A stretch of DNA of 64,000 bases, from contig CAWHTE010000007.1 of assembly GCA_963832165.1 (NCBI GenBank), positions 192,001 to 256,000 of the forward strand, in the 5' to 3' direction. Shown piece by piece: positions 1 through 12,111 of this stretch; the first letter of the stretch is position 1, and every line of letters starts with the position of its first letter. The position numbers were made by a program, and so were the translations under genes. The notes below the pieces were generated by a model, which saw nothing but the letters and a program-made list of their open reading frames with translations, did no database searches and had not been told where the DNA came from. The stretch comes from an uncultured delta proteobacterium. GTDB taxonomy: Bacteria > Myxococcota_A > UBA9160 > SMWR01.

Positions 1-482
1 CGGTGCCGCGGCCCCACCCAGCGCTCATGTGCACGTCGCTCTGGGCGCTCACCGATTTCACCGACGCCAACGGCGCGACGCGCATCTTTCCGGGTACGCA
101 CCTCGAGTCGGGCCGGCCGGACGGGCGCGAATCGATCCCCGCCGAGATGCGCGCGGGCAGCGTGCTCGTGATCGACGGCGGCCTCTGGCACGGCGGCGGC
201 GCGAACACCACCGAGAACGAGTGGCGGATCGGCGTGAACGTCCAGTACTGCGCGGGCTTCTGCCGGCCGCAGCAGAACCAGTACCTCGGCATTCCGCGCG
301 AGATCACGCGCACGTTCCCCGATCGGCTGCTCGAGCTGTGTGGATACAGCCTCTACAAGGGCATCATGGGACACATCGACGGGCAGAGCCCTGCGGTCGT
401 GCTAGGCGACGGGCGGCTCGAAGAGCGCGCCTACGCATCGACGAAGCAGCTGGGCGCCCGGCGCACGCGCGCGGAGTACTGA
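1..482 (+). CDS. Phytanoyl-CoA dioxygenase (PhyH) family Fe(II)/2-OG dioxygenase, 5'-partial
   Basis: WALTDFTDANGATRIFPGTH and GSVLVIDGGLWHGGGAN motifs; ORF runs off the window start. Confidence 0.85.
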   Translation, partial: VPRPHPALMCTSLWALTDFTDANGATRIFPGTHLESGRPDGRESIPAEMRAGSVLVIDGGLWHGGGANTTENEWRIGVNVQYCAGFCRPQQNQYLGIPREITRTFPDRLLELCGYSLYKGIMGHIDGQSPAVVLGDGRLEERAYASTKQLGARRTRAEY

Positions 483-483
483 C

Positions 484-1728
484 ATGGCAGAGCTCTTCTG
501 GCGCAGTGAGCCCGAGGCGGCCCCCGAGTCGGTCGGGATGGATCCCGCCGTGCTCGACGCGCTCGTCGCGGAATTCGAAAAGACGGTGGAGAAGGGCGAG
601 CTGTTCCACGGCGCGCAGCTCGCGGTGTACCGGCGCGGGGTCCGCGTACTCGAGGCCGGGGGCGGACTCGCGCGCGTGCGCACGCGCGTGCCCGTGACGC
701 CCGAGTCGCTGTTCGTGATCTTCAGCGCCACCAAGGGCCTCGCGGGCCTCGCGATGCTCATGCTCTACGAGCGCGGGGCGTTCCACTACGACGAGCCGGT
801 CGCAAAGTACTGGCCGGAGTTCGCGAGCGTGGTGCCCGAGAAGTGCCAGGTGACGATCCGCCACGTGATGAGCCACCGCGCCGGCTTCCCGCTCGGACCG
901 AGATGGCTGAACGTGGATCACTGGGGGGATCGCGAGGCGATCCGGCGCGCGATGATCGAGATCCGGCTGCGCTTCACACCCGGCGAGAAGAACGCCTATC
1001 ACGCGATGAACTACGGGCACATGGTGAACGAGCTCGTCTCGCGGATCGACGGCCGCGACTGCGGCCGGTTCCTGCACGAGGAGGTGTTCGATCCGCTGGG
1101 CCTGCGAGACCTCTACGTGGGTCTGCCCGACGACGCGGCGCTCGAGGCGCGCGTCGCGTGGTGCTATCACGAGATCGTGCTGAACGCCGCGCGCGCGACG
1201 GGTGTGGCGGGACCGGAAGCAAGCGCGGCCGCGCTCGCGCTCGAGGCACCCGAGCTCACCGAGAAACGCGCGGTGCCTCCGCAGTATCGCGACACCCCCG
1301 AGCTCGCGCACGACTTCAACCGCCCCGAGACGCACCGCGCGGTGCTGCCCGCGGCGGGCGGAATCGCGACCGCGCGCGATCTCGCCGCGGTGTACGCCGT
1401 GCTCGCGCAGGGTGGAAGCGGCCGCGGCGTGTCACTCGTCTCCGCCGACGGCCTCGCACAGGTCACCGCGCCAACCAATCGGCCCGGCGACATCGACGGC
1501 ACGATCGGCTTCCCGCTGCGCTGGGGGCTCGGCTTCCACATGGGCACGCACGGGCGCGGCAGCACGCTGCGCACCTTCGGCCACGGCGGTGCGGGCGGTC
1601 AGATCGGCTTCGCCGACCCCGACCGCGAGCTCGCCTTCGCGTTCGTCACCAACGGCGAGCTCTCGCCGGACTTCGTGGTGTGGCGCTACCGGCTGCAGGG
1701 CCTCGCGTTCAAGGCCTGCATCGACTGA
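484..1728 (+). CDS. Serine hydrolase, beta-lactamase/EstA family
   Basis: SxxK (FSATKG), VMSHRAG, AYHAMNYG and FGHGGAGG motifs. Confidence 0.9.
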   Translation: MAELFWRSEPEAAPESVGMDPAVLDALVAEFEKTVEKGELFHGAQLAVYRRGVRVLEAGGGLARVRTRVPVTPESLFVIFSATKGLAGLAMLMLYERGAFHYDEPVAKYWPEFASVVPEKCQVTIRHVMSHRAGFPLGPRWLNVDHWGDREAIRRAMIEIRLRFTPGEKNAYHAMNYGHMVNELVSRIDGRDCGRFLHEEVFDPLGLRDLYVGLPDDAALEARVAWCYHEIVLNAARATGVAGPEASAAALALEAPELTEKRAVPPQYRDTPELAHDFNRPETHRAVLPAAGGIATARDLAAVYAVLAQGGSGRGVSLVSADGLAQVTAPTNRPGDIDGTIGFPLRWGLGFHMGTHGRGSTLRTFGHGGAGGQIGFADPDRELAFAFVTNGELSPDFVVWRYRLQGLAFKACID

Positions 1729-1737
1729 CGATCGCGC

Positions 1738-2493
1738 TCAGCGCGCGGGACCGCGGCTCGCGAGCACCACGACCGCCCACGCGTACAGCGGCTCGATCTT
1801 GCGCGCGCGCGGCAGCTCGCGCACGAGCTCGGGGTCTTCGTAGCGCGGATCGTTCGTGGATCGGCCGGGATCGCCCGGCCCGGGTGCGGGCTGATCGGCC
1901 GGGGGAAGCGGCATGTGGGTGCGCCGCCGCGAGGTGAGCTCGTCCGTCTCGAAGCCGAGACCGACCCGCGCCCCCGGCGCGAGCGTCACACCCGCGAGCG
2001 TGCTGGTTCCCGAGAGCGGCGTGCCCAGCGCGATCCGGATCTCGTACGCAATCACGTCGGCGCGCGCGGCAGCCTGGACGTCGATCGGCCCTGCCGTGGA
2101 GCCGACGAGCTGTTCGCCGTATTCGGCCCCGCGCTGCACGATCTCGATGTAGGCGGGCGCGGTGGCCGTGGAGCCAGCCTGGAACGGCGCGACGCGGATG
2201 CCGATCTGCCGCGCTGCGCCGCCGGCGGGATCGATCCAGAGCGTGAAGCCCACGCGCTCGATCAGGGTCTGCACATCGAGATCACGCGTGACGAGGCAGA
2301 GGTAGAGGTTCGCGCCGTCGTTCGCGACGCCGAGCGCGACGCTGCGCTCTTCGTCGATGCGCGTGAATCGCCCCGACCACTCGGCGTAGGCGCCGTCGAC
2401 TGCGATCGGGTTCGCGGTCCATTCGCTCCGGAGCTCGGGCGAGTGAGCGCACGCGAGCCCGAAGATTCCTGCCGCGATCCAGGTCTTCCGCAT
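1738..2493 (-). CDS. Hypothetical exported lipoprotein, possible DOMON/CBM9-like fold
   Basis: Start MRKTWIAAGIFGLAC is lipobox-like; IAVDG..EW, NDGANLYL and YEIRI resemble CBM9-like proteins. Confidence 0.55.
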   Translation of the reverse strand: MRKTWIAAGIFGLACAHSPELRSEWTANPIAVDGAYAEWSGRFTRIDEERSVALGVANDGANLYLCLVTRDLDVQTLIERVGFTLWIDPAGGAARQIGIRVAPFQAGSTATAPAYIEIVQRGAEYGEQLVGSTAGPIDVQAAARADVIAYEIRIALGTPLSGTSTLAGVTLAPGARVGLGFETDELTSRRRTHMPLPPADQPAPGPGDPGRSTNDPRYEDPELVRELPRARKIEPLYAWAVVVLASRGPAR

Positions 2494-2495
2494 CG

Positions 2496-3248
2496 TCAGC
2501 TCGCGGCCACGCCGCCGTCGATCGACAGGATCGACCCGTGCACGAAACGCGCCTCGTCCGAAGCGAGATAGGCGATCGCGCCCGCGACTTCCTCCGGCTG
2601 ACACATCCCGCGGTGGCCGACGTAGGGCTTTGCGAGCTTCCAGTTCATCTCCTTGGGAAAGTCGATCTTCTTGTTCAGCGGCGTGTCGACGCCGCCCGGC
2701 GCCACCGCGTTCACGCGCAGGCCCGTGAGCACGTACTCTGCGGCGAGCGATTTCGTGAGCTGCACGACGCCGCCCTTCGCAGCGCAGTAGGCGACGGTAT
2801 ACGCCTGGCCCATGAGCCCCGCGACCGAAGCCACGTTCACGATCGCGCCCTTGGTCTCGATCAGGTGCGGAATCGCGGCCTGACACGTGAACGCGACCGC
2901 CGAGAGGTTCAGCGCGATCAGGAAGTTCCAGTTCTCCTCGGGCATCTGCTCGAACATGTGGAACTGACTCGCGCCCGCGACGTTCGCGAGCACGTCGAGC
3001 CGGCCGTACGCCCCGGTGGCGGCGGCGACCGCGCCGAAGCAGTCGTTGCGGTGCGTGAGGTCGAAGCGGCCTCCCTGCATCTTCCCACCCGCGGCGGCGA
3101 TCGTGTCGGACGTGCGCGCGAGCCCGGCCTCGTCGATGTCGGCTCCGAACACGAGCGCACCCTCGCTCGCGAGCCGCACCGCCGTGGCCCTTCCGATGCC
3201 CGATGCAGCTCCCGTGATCAGTGCGACCTTACCGTCGAAGCGGCCCAT
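2496..3248 (-). CDS. SDR family oxidoreductase
   Basis: MGRFDGKVALITGAASGIG, YCAAKGG (YxxxK), VNAVAPG. Confidence 0.93.
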   Translation of the reverse strand: MGRFDGKVALITGAASGIGRATAVRLASEGALVFGADIDEAGLARTSDTIAAAGGKMQGGRFDLTHRNDCFGAVAAATGAYGRLDVLANVAGASQFHMFEQMPEENWNFLIALNLSAVAFTCQAAIPHLIETKGAIVNVASVAGLMGQAYTVAYCAAKGGVVQLTKSLAAEYVLTGLRVNAVAPGGVDTPLNKKIDFPKEMNWKLAKPYVGHRGMCQPEEVAGAIAYLASDEARFVHGSILSIDGGVAAS

Positions 3249-3302
3249 TTCCTGTTCCTCCTGCTCGCGATCGCGCGGGATGGTACCGTCCTCCGCGCTC
3301 CG

Positions 3303-4487
3303 ATGGTCGAATACCACCCGTTCAGCGATGCGATCTTCGACGACCCGTACCCGACCTACAAGCGGCTGCGCGACGAATCGCCGATCCACTACCTCGAAGA
3401 GTTCGACTGCTGGTTCGTGTCGCGCTTCGAGGACGTATGGAGCCTCGAGCAGGATCAGCGCAACCTGACCTCGAAGTTCGGCACCACCTCGACCCATCTC
3501 GTCACGAAACAGACGCCCATCTCACCGAACCTCTCGGGCCTCGATCCGCCGCAGCACGGGCCGGTGCGCTCGTACTTCAACCCCGCGTTCAAGCCCGGCG
3601 CCGTGGCCGCGCTCGAGCCGCGTGTACGCGCGTTTGCGCGCGAGGCGATCGACGCGGTGCGCGAGCGCGGCTCGGCAGACGCGGTGATCGAGCTCGGCGG
3701 ATACGTCGCGTCGCGCGTCGTGTGCACGATCCTCGGACTGCCGCTCGAAGACGCCGACCAGGTCCTGGCCTGGGTGAACACCTACTTCGAGCGCGAGCCC
3801 GGGCAGCGCGGCAGCACCCCGCGCGGGATCGAAGCCGCGAAAGAGTTCGCGATGTATCTGTTCCGCCTCTCGAAGGAGCTGCGTGCGCGCGGAGCACCCG
3901 AGGGCAGCGTGATGCACAAGCTGCACCACGTGGAGGTCGCGGGCGAGCGCGCCGACGACATGCGCGTCGCGGTGCATCTGAACATGCTCGCGATCGGCGG
4001 CAGCGAGACGTTCCCGAAGGTGTTCTCGGCGGCGCTGTGGCGCCTCGCGCAGAATCCCGATCAGCGCGCCGAATGCGTACGCGACCCGTCGCTCGTACCC
4101 GACGCGCTTCACGAGACGCTCCGCATCGACATGCCGACCCAGATGCTCGGGCGCACGATCTCGCAGGACTTCGAGATGCGCGGGAAGCAGCTGCGCGCGG
4201 GCAGCGGGGTGCTCTTCCTCTGGGGCTCCGCGAACCGCGACGAGCGCGAGTTCGCCGATCCCGACATCTTCGATCTGCGTCGCCGCGCGCCGCGCATCCT
4301 CTCATTCGGCCATGGCCAGCACATGTGCCTCGGCGCGCACGTCGCGCGGCTCGAAGGGCGCGTGCTGATCCAGGAAGTGCTGCGCGGCATGCCCGAATAC
4401 GAGATCGACGCGGCGGGCATCCAGCGCCTGCGCTCCGAGTTCTTCCGCGGCTTCGCGGCGCTGCCGATCCGTTTCGCGCCGTTCTAG
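3303..4487 (+). CDS. Cytochrome P450
   Basis: LDPPQH, I-helix GGSET, ExxR (ETLR), heme motif FGHGQHMCLG; start taken at MVEYHPF. Confidence 0.95.
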   Translation: MVEYHPFSDAIFDDPYPTYKRLRDESPIHYLEEFDCWFVSRFEDVWSLEQDQRNLTSKFGTTSTHLVTKQTPISPNLSGLDPPQHGPVRSYFNPAFKPGAVAALEPRVRAFAREAIDAVRERGSADAVIELGGYVASRVVCTILGLPLEDADQVLAWVNTYFEREPGQRGSTPRGIEAAKEFAMYLFRLSKELRARGAPEGSVMHKLHHVEVAGERADDMRVAVHLNMLAIGGSETFPKVFSAALWRLAQNPDQRAECVRDPSLVPDALHETLRIDMPTQMLGRTISQDFEMRGKQLRAGSGVLFLWGSANRDEREFADPDIFDLRRRAPRILSFGHGQHMCLGAHVARLEGRVLIQEVLRGMPEYEIDAAGIQRLRSEFFRGFAALPIRFAPF

Positions 4488-4500
4488 CGCGGCGAACGAG

Positions 4501-4866
4501 TCACAGCTCGGGCGTGAAGGCGTCGACGAGCACGATGCCGTTCTCGACGCGCGCTGCGATCGGCTCGAGGCGATCGCCCGCGCACGGGCCCGCGATGCAG
4601 TAGCCGTCCTCGCGGCGGAAGATCGCGCCGTGCGTGGCGCAGACGATGTGCCGGCCCTCGCGGTCGAGGAAGTCGTTGGGGCGCAGATCGAGCGGCGTGC
4701 CGCGATGCGGACACCGGTTGCGATACGCGATCACGTCCGAGCCCGTGCGCAGCGCGATCACGCGCAGCGGACCTGCGCCGTCCGGGTCGGGCAGCACGAG
4801 CCCCTTCGCGCCGCCGTCGGGGATGTCCTCGAGGCGGCAGATCGGGCTCTCGAAGATGACCTCCAT
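4501..4866 (-). CDS. Rieske 2Fe-2S ferredoxin
   Basis: CPH...CATH Rieske ligands (NRCPHRG, IVCATHGAIF). Confidence 0.92.
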   Translation of the reverse strand: MEVIFESPICRLEDIPDGGAKGLVLPDPDGAGPLRVIALRTGSDVIAYRNRCPHRGTPLDLRPNDFLDREGRHIVCATHGAIFRREDGYCIAGPCAGDRLEPIAARVENGIVLVDAFTPEL

Positions 4867-4872
4867 CGCGCG

Positions 4873-5541
4873 CTAGTTCGAGGGCGCGAGCTTCTGGTCG
4901 AGAGCCGCGAGCACGCGCGGGTACATGTCGCGCTTGAGCACGCCCATCACGGGATCGGCCTTGGCCGCCCACTCCTCCGCCATCGCGAGCGCGGTGGACA
5001 AGAGCTCTTCCTCCGGAACCGCGCGGTCGACGATCTTGCGCTCGAGCGCGCGCTCCGCGGGATAGCGCATGCCCGTGACGATCAGCTCGTGCGCACTCTG
5101 GTGCGGCAGGCGTGCCTGGATGATGGCGGTCATGCCCGGGTGCAGGTAGGCCTTCATGTCGATTTCGGGCATGCAGAAGAAGCCGCGCCCCGTGCGCATG
5201 ACACGCGCGTCGTGTGCGAGCGCGATCTGCGCGCCCGCGCCGAACGCGTGCCCGTTCACCGCAGCGACCGTATAGGCCGGGAACACGAGCACGCGCTTCA
5301 TGATCGCGAGCACGCTCGAGACGTAGCCGTCGATGTCTCCGCACTTGGCCATGTGATCGAGATCGAGGCCGTTCGAGTAGAACTTGCCGCTGCCGATCGT
5401 CACGAGCGCCTTCGGCGCTGCGGCCTTCTCCACCTCGTCGAGCGCGGCATTCCACGCAGCGATCGTGTCGGGTACGAAGCGGTTCTCACCTGCGTCCATG
5501 CGCAGAACGAAGACGTCCCCTTGTCGTTCGAGATCGAGCAT
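4873..5541 (-). CDS. Enoyl-CoA hydratase/isomerase (delta3,delta2-enoyl-CoA isomerase-like)
   Basis: KFYSNGLDL, AAVNGHAFGAG, FCMPEID. Confidence 0.9.
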   Translation of the reverse strand: MLDLERQGDVFVLRMDAGENRFVPDTIAAWNAALDEVEKAAAPKALVTIGSGKFYSNGLDLDHMAKCGDIDGYVSSVLAIMKRVLVFPAYTVAAVNGHAFGAGAQIALAHDARVMRTGRGFFCMPEIDMKAYLHPGMTAIIQARLPHQSAHELIVTGMRYPAERALERKIVDRAVPEEELLSTALAMAEEWAAKADPVMGVLKRDMYPRVLAALDQKLAPSN

Positions 5542-5612
5542 GGCGAGTACGATAGAATGGGGCGCTTCGCGCGCCACCGCGGCGACGACGACCGCCGTCG
5601 CCCGCTCCCACC

Positions 5613-6965
5613 ATGGTCAAGATCCACGTCGAAGAGACCCTCGGCGCCAATCCGGGGGACGCTGCGCTCAACCCGGCCGACCCGGTGGCCATGGGCGTTT
5701 CCGAGATTGCGCCCGGATTCCTCGGGACGACCGGGGGGCGCGCCTTCCGGGCCCTGGCCCACCGCCCCTATCGCCTGCTGTTCGCGGCGTTCATCGTCAA
5801 CCAGACCGGATTCTGGATCTCGCACATGGGGCTCCAGGGCCTGATGGTCGAGCTCGCCCACAATGATCCGATCTGGCTGGGATTCTTGTTCTTCGCGCTG
5901 TTCATTCCAGCGTTCGCGCTCGCGCCGCTCGCGGGCGTCGCGGCCGACCGCTTCGACCGCAAGCGGATCATGCTCACGAGCTACGGCGCGGTCGCCGTGC
6001 TGACCGGGGCGCTCGCGGCGTTCACGGCCGCGGGTTGGATCACCCCGCCGCTCGTGCTCGCGCTCGGGCTCGGTCTGGGGACGAGCTTCGCGTTCGCGGG
6101 ACCCGCGAGCTTCGCGCTCGCGGCCAACGCCGTTCCCGACATCGACATGCCGAGCGCCGTCTCGCTCCAGTCGGCCGCCAACAACCTCACGCGCGTCGTC
6201 GGCCCGGTCGCCGCGGCGCCGTTCGTGGCGAATCACCACTTCGAGTGGGCGTTCGCGTGCTTCATGCTCGCGGCGCTCGTATCGGCGGTGTTGATCGCGA
6301 TGATGCCGGTCGACCACTACGAGGTCGAGCACGAGGAAGGCGGAATCTTTGCGCGGCTCGCCTTGGGATACGAGCACGCGCGCGAGCGGAAACCGGCGCT
6401 GCCGGCGCTCGCGATGGTCGCGATGCTGTCGCTGTTCGGTGTCTCCCACTCGGTGATTCTGCCCGTCTTTGCCGAGCAGATGCTCGGCAGCACGCACTAC
6501 TTCACCTGGATGATCGTCGCGACCGGCGGCGGCGCGATGCTCGGGGCGCTCTCGATCGGCTACCGCGCGCAGGGACCCTCGATGCAGGCCGCCGCGGCGC
6601 TCATGATCGTCTACAGCGCCGCGATGGCATCGTTCGCGTTCATTCACGTGTTGGCGTACGCACTGGTGGCGCAATTCGTGATCGGCTGGACCTACTTCGC
6701 GGTGATGACGAGCCTCCAGACGCTGATCCAGTCGATCGTGGACGAGTCGAAGCGCGGCCGCGTGATGAGCCTGTTCCAGGTCTGCTGGGCGGGGCTGATT
6801 CCGTGGGGCGGCCTCATGATGGGCAAGTCGGCGGCGGACCTCGGTGTGACCGCCACGCTCGGATCGGGGGCGGCGATCTGCGGCGTCTACGCATTCGGGG
6901 TGTGGCTCTGGGCGCGCGGGGCGGTCGCGGCGGACCTGCCGGCATCCGAAGGCCGGCTGTACTAA
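5613..6965 (+). CDS. MFS transporter
   Basis: About 12 hydrophobic segments; GVAADRFDRKR motif A; RGRVMS. Start may be 5691. Confidence 0.9.
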   Translation: MVKIHVEETLGANPGDAALNPADPVAMGVSEIAPGFLGTTGGRAFRALAHRPYRLLFAAFIVNQTGFWISHMGLQGLMVELAHNDPIWLGFLFFALFIPAFALAPLAGVAADRFDRKRIMLTSYGAVAVLTGALAAFTAAGWITPPLVLALGLGLGTSFAFAGPASFALAANAVPDIDMPSAVSLQSAANNLTRVVGPVAAAPFVANHHFEWAFACFMLAALVSAVLIAMMPVDHYEVEHEEGGIFARLALGYEHARERKPALPALAMVAMLSLFGVSHSVILPVFAEQMLGSTHYFTWMIVATGGGAMLGALSIGYRAQGPSMQAAAALMIVYSAAMASFAFIHVLAYALVAQFVIGWTYFAVMTSLQTLIQSIVDESKRGRVMSLFQVCWAGLIPWGGLMMGKSAADLGVTATLGSGAAICGVYAFGVWLWARGAVAADLPASEGRLY

Positions 6966-6979
6966 CCAATGTCCGCGCG

Positions 6980-8635
<1,656 letters not shown>

Positions 8636-10120
8636 TCAGCGCAGCTCGAGCACGCCGCCCGGGCGCACGCGGCCCGTCCGGCCCGCGATCTCCTCGTGCT
8701 GCATCAGGCTCAGCAGATCGGGATCGTCGGTGGTGGCCCAGGTGCGCCGCCCTGCGTCGATCCGGCACGCCGCGAGCAGGTGATCGTCCTCGCCGTCGTC
8801 GCCGCCATCGCGCGCGGGAAGATGGGTGAACGCCTCGACCGTGACCTCACCCGTGTAGTCCTCGTCCCAGGCGACGGTCTCGCACGCCGCGCGCGCGGTG
8901 ACGTCCTCGTAGCGATAGCCCGACGAGGGGGGCTCGCTCGAGTAGACGCCCCAGGAGTGCTTGGCCATGTAGCCGCCGATGCCGCTCGCGAGGCCGATGC
9001 TGCCCGGATCGCCGCGCAGCCGCTGGACGAGCGTCGCGAGCGAGTGCATGACGTAGCTGTTGAACGGCCCGCCGGCGAACGTGAGCCCGCCCGTGACGGT
9101 GAGGTCGCGCTGCGTCGACAGGCCGACCTCGGCCGCCGCGATCTGCACCGCAGAGGGGAAGCAGCTGTAGAGGTCGACGTGCGTCACCTGCTCGGCGGTC
9201 ACGGCCGCGAGCTCGAGCACGCGGCGGCCCGCGGCGCGGATCGCGGCCTGATCGTGGAGCGTGGCGCGTACGCCGAGCGGTGTCGTCTCGAACACGTCGG
9301 TGCACGCGTGAGGGAAGATCCAGCGATCGGTGGGGATCTGGTGGCGGCGCGCCATCTCGACCGAGCACAGGATCAGCGCCGCGCCCAGATCGACCACCAT
9401 GTTCGCAACGAGGAACTTCGTGTACGGGAACGCCACGAGGCGGTTGGTCTCGCTCGGCGTTCCGATCTCGGCCGCAGACATCGGCTTCTGGATCCACGCG
9501 TAGGGATTGTTCGCAGCGACGTGCGAGAACCGCGACCACAGATCCGCGATGCGCGCGCGGTGATCCGCGATCGCCTCTTCGCGTCGATGGCGCAGTGCGT
9601 TCTCGAACAACGCGAACGCCTGGGGAGGGTGGGGCCGGAAGCGCGCTTCCCATTTTCCGAAGCCCGGATCCCGCGCCGAGAAGCCGAAGTCCTCATCGGG
9701 TGCGTCGCCGCGCTGCTCCGTCCACCCGAGTGGAATGCCCGCGGCCTTCGCGCGCCGCTTGCTGCGCTCGGCCTCCGCTCCGACGAGCAGCACGGCGTTG
9801 CGCCGCCCCGCGGCAATCTCGCACGCCGCGTGCGCGAGCATGCGCTGCACGGTGCTGCCACTGATCGGCCCCCAGGCGGTCTGCGCGCCTGCGCAGCCGA
9901 AGCGCTCCCGCAGGAGCGCCGCAGGGTTGGAGTAGCGCCAGAGGCCGTGGGGCACGCGGATCGAGTCGAGCTCGCCGAGCAGCGCGCGGCTGCCCGCATC
10001 GTCGGCCGCGCGCTCGGCGGCCTCGGCCATCAGCGCGAGCGGCTCGAGCGCCTCGCGCGGATCATCGCAGCGCTGCTTGACCTGCCCGCAGCCGACCAGC
10101 ACGGGAGTGCGCGGGTCCAT
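8636..10120 (-). CDS. Thiolase-like (acetyl-CoA acetyltransferase family) protein
   Basis: MDPRTPVLVGCGQ start; DLYSCFPSAV and TVTGGLTFAGGP motifs. Confidence 0.85.
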   Translation of the reverse strand: MDPRTPVLVGCGQVKQRCDDPREALEPLALMAEAAERAADDAGSRALLGELDSIRVPHGLWRYSNPAALLRERFGCAGAQTAWGPISGSTVQRMLAHAACEIAAGRRNAVLLVGAEAERSKRRAKAAGIPLGWTEQRGDAPDEDFGFSARDPGFGKWEARFRPHPPQAFALFENALRHRREEAIADHRARIADLWSRFSHVAANNPYAWIQKPMSAAEIGTPSETNRLVAFPYTKFLVANMVVDLGAALILCSVEMARRHQIPTDRWIFPHACTDVFETTPLGVRATLHDQAAIRAAGRRVLELAAVTAEQVTHVDLYSCFPSAVQIAAAEVGLSTQRDLTVTGGLTFAGGPFNSYVMHSLATLVQRLRGDPGSIGLASGIGGYMAKHSWGVYSSEPPSSGYRYEDVTARAACETVAWDEDYTGEVTVEAFTHLPARDGGDDGEDDHLLAACRIDAGRRTWATTDDPDLLSLMQHEEIAGRTGRVRPGGVLELR

Positions 10121-10122
10121 CT

Positions 10123-11568
10123 TCAGTTCCGCGGCATGCGCGCGTCGCGCAGTGCCGATCGCCGGACCTTGCCCGCCTCGTCGCGCAGCGGTGCATCGAC
10201 GTACTCGAAGCTGCGCGGATGCTTTCCGCGCGCGAGGTGCTCTGCGAGGTGTGCGCGGAGGTCCTCGTCGCCGAGCGGCAGCTCGGCCTCCACGATCGCG
10301 TGGACGCGCTGACCGAGGTCGGGATCGGGCAGGCCGATCACCGCGCACGACCGCACGCGTGGATGCGCCTCGAGTGCGGCCTCCACCTCCGCGGGGTACA
10401 CGTTCGATCCGCCCGTCACGATCATGTCGGTGCGTCGGTCGACCAGATAGAGGAAGCCGTCGCCGTCGAGATAGCCGAGATCGCCTAGCGTCTCCCAACC
10501 GTCGGTCGTCGAGCGCGCATCGGCCCCGATGTAGCGATAGGTGGAGCCGCGGCCACCCGGCGGCATCATGAACACGTCTCCGACCTCTCCGGGCGGCAGC
10601 TCGCGACCGCCCTCGTCGAGAATTCGGATCTTGCGCTCGCCGGTCGGCCGGCCGACCGAGCCCGGATGCGCGAGCCACTCGCGGCCCGAGATCAGCGTTC
10701 CACCGATGCGCTCCGTACCGCCGTACGCCTCGAACACGCGGTCGGCGCCGAACCAGCCGATCAGCTCGCGCATGAGCCACGCGGGGCAGGGCGCACCGCT
10801 CGACACCACGCGCTCGAGCGAGGACACGTCGTAGCGCTTGCGCTCCTGCTCCGGCAGGCGCCAGATGCGCAGCAGCATGGTCGGCACGAACGAGACCCAC
10901 TTCACGCGGTAGCGCTCGATCGATGCGAGCGCGTCGGCCGGATCGAAGCGCGCCAGCAGCACGGCAGTGCCGCCGATCAGGATCGTGATGCTCGTGTTGA
11001 GGAAGCCCGCCGCGTGATAGAGGGGACCGGGCACGAGCACGACGTTTCCGGGCTCGTTGCCGTAGAAGGGCTGGGTCGGATCGCATTCGGCCGGCAGCGC
11101 GTCGACGATCAGCTTGGGGCGCCCGGTGCTGCCGCCCGAGGCGAGCGCCTGGCGCGACGGCGACGTGCGATCGGGCAGCGGGTCGTCGCCGTGGTGCTCT
11201 TCGGGGACGAATCCGGCCGCCACGCTCGGCGCGCCCGCGGCCGCGTCCGGCTCGACACCGACGACCAGCGCGGGCTTCGCCTCGACCAGGATCGCGGCGC
11301 GCTCCTTCTCGGGAAGACGCCACGAGACCGGCTGAGGGACCGCGCCGAGCTTCCAGATCGCAAAGCACGCGACGACGAACTCGGGGCCGTTCGGGAGCGC
11401 GATCGTGACGAAGTCGCCCTGCGCGACGCCGCGCTCGGCGTACGCGCGCGCTAGCCGTGTCGAGGCGCGGTCGAGCTCGTGGAACGAGATCGCGTGCTCG
11501 CCGCAAACGAGCGCGGTGCGCTCGGGCGTTCGGGCCGCGTGCAGGCGCAGCGCAGCGGGATAGGACAT
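10123..11568 (-). CDS. AMP-binding acyl-CoA ligase (bile acid-CoA ligase-like)
   Basis: SGGSTGRPK, YGGTE, TLGDLGYLD, GGSNVYPAEVE. Start may be GTG 11577. Confidence 0.92.
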   Translation of the reverse strand: MSYPAALRLHAARTPERTALVCGEHAISFHELDRASTRLARAYAERGVAQGDFVTIALPNGPEFVVACFAIWKLGAVPQPVSWRLPEKERAAILVEAKPALVVGVEPDAAAGAPSVAAGFVPEEHHGDDPLPDRTSPSRQALASGGSTGRPKLIVDALPAECDPTQPFYGNEPGNVVLVPGPLYHAAGFLNTSITILIGGTAVLLARFDPADALASIERYRVKWVSFVPTMLLRIWRLPEQERKRYDVSSLERVVSSGAPCPAWLMRELIGWFGADRVFEAYGGTERIGGTLISGREWLAHPGSVGRPTGERKIRILDEGGRELPPGEVGDVFMMPPGGRGSTYRYIGADARSTTDGWETLGDLGYLDGDGFLYLVDRRTDMIVTGGSNVYPAEVEAALEAHPRVRSCAVIGLPDPDLGQRVHAIVEAELPLGDEDLRAHLAEHLARGKHPRSFEYVDAPLRDEAGKVRRSALRDARMPRN

Positions 11569-11625
11569 CGTGGTCACGGGCGGCGAGTATGCGAAACTGG
11601 GCGGCGCAGAGCACCCGGGAGCCGC

Positions 11626-12081
11626 ATGGACGCGAGCGAGGCGATCGCACGCGAGCAGATCCGCGACGTGATCAGCCGCTACAACCACGCGGGCGACCGC
11701 GGCGACCTCGATGCGCTCGTGCGCTGCTTCGCCGAGGACGGCGTGCTCGATCTCGAAGACGAAGACGATTTCATCGGGCGCGCCGCGATCCTCTCTCGCC
11801 TCTCGCGCGTGGTCACGGACAGCCGCGAGCGGAGCCGAAGGCCGCTCGTGCGCCACCACGTCTCGAGCGTGAAGATCGAGCTCACAGGCCCGAACGCTGC
11901 CACGGCGGCCTCCTACTTCCTCGTCTTCACCGAAGTGGGGCTCGATCACTGGGGCCGCTATGCGGATCGCCTCAGGCGGTCGGACGGCGAGTGGTTGATC
12001 GCACACCGCAAAGTGCGCGTCGACGGCGCGTCGGCCCATTCAGCGATGGCGGTCGCGCACCGGATCGCCAGCGTCGAGTAG
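11626..12081 (+). CDS. SnoaL-like / NTF2 family protein
   Basis: IRDVISRYNHAGD, RHHVSS, GRYADRLRR...WLIAHR. Confidence 0.85.
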   Translation: MDASEAIAREQIRDVISRYNHAGDRGDLDALVRCFAEDGVLDLEDEDDFIGRAAILSRLSRVVTDSRERSRRPLVRHHVSSVKIELTGPNAATAASYFLVFTEVGLDHWGRYADRLRRSDGEWLIAHRKVRVDGASAHSAMAVAHRIASVE

Positions 12082-12111
12082 AATGCGCGTCGCGCGCACG
12101 AGGAGGAGCCG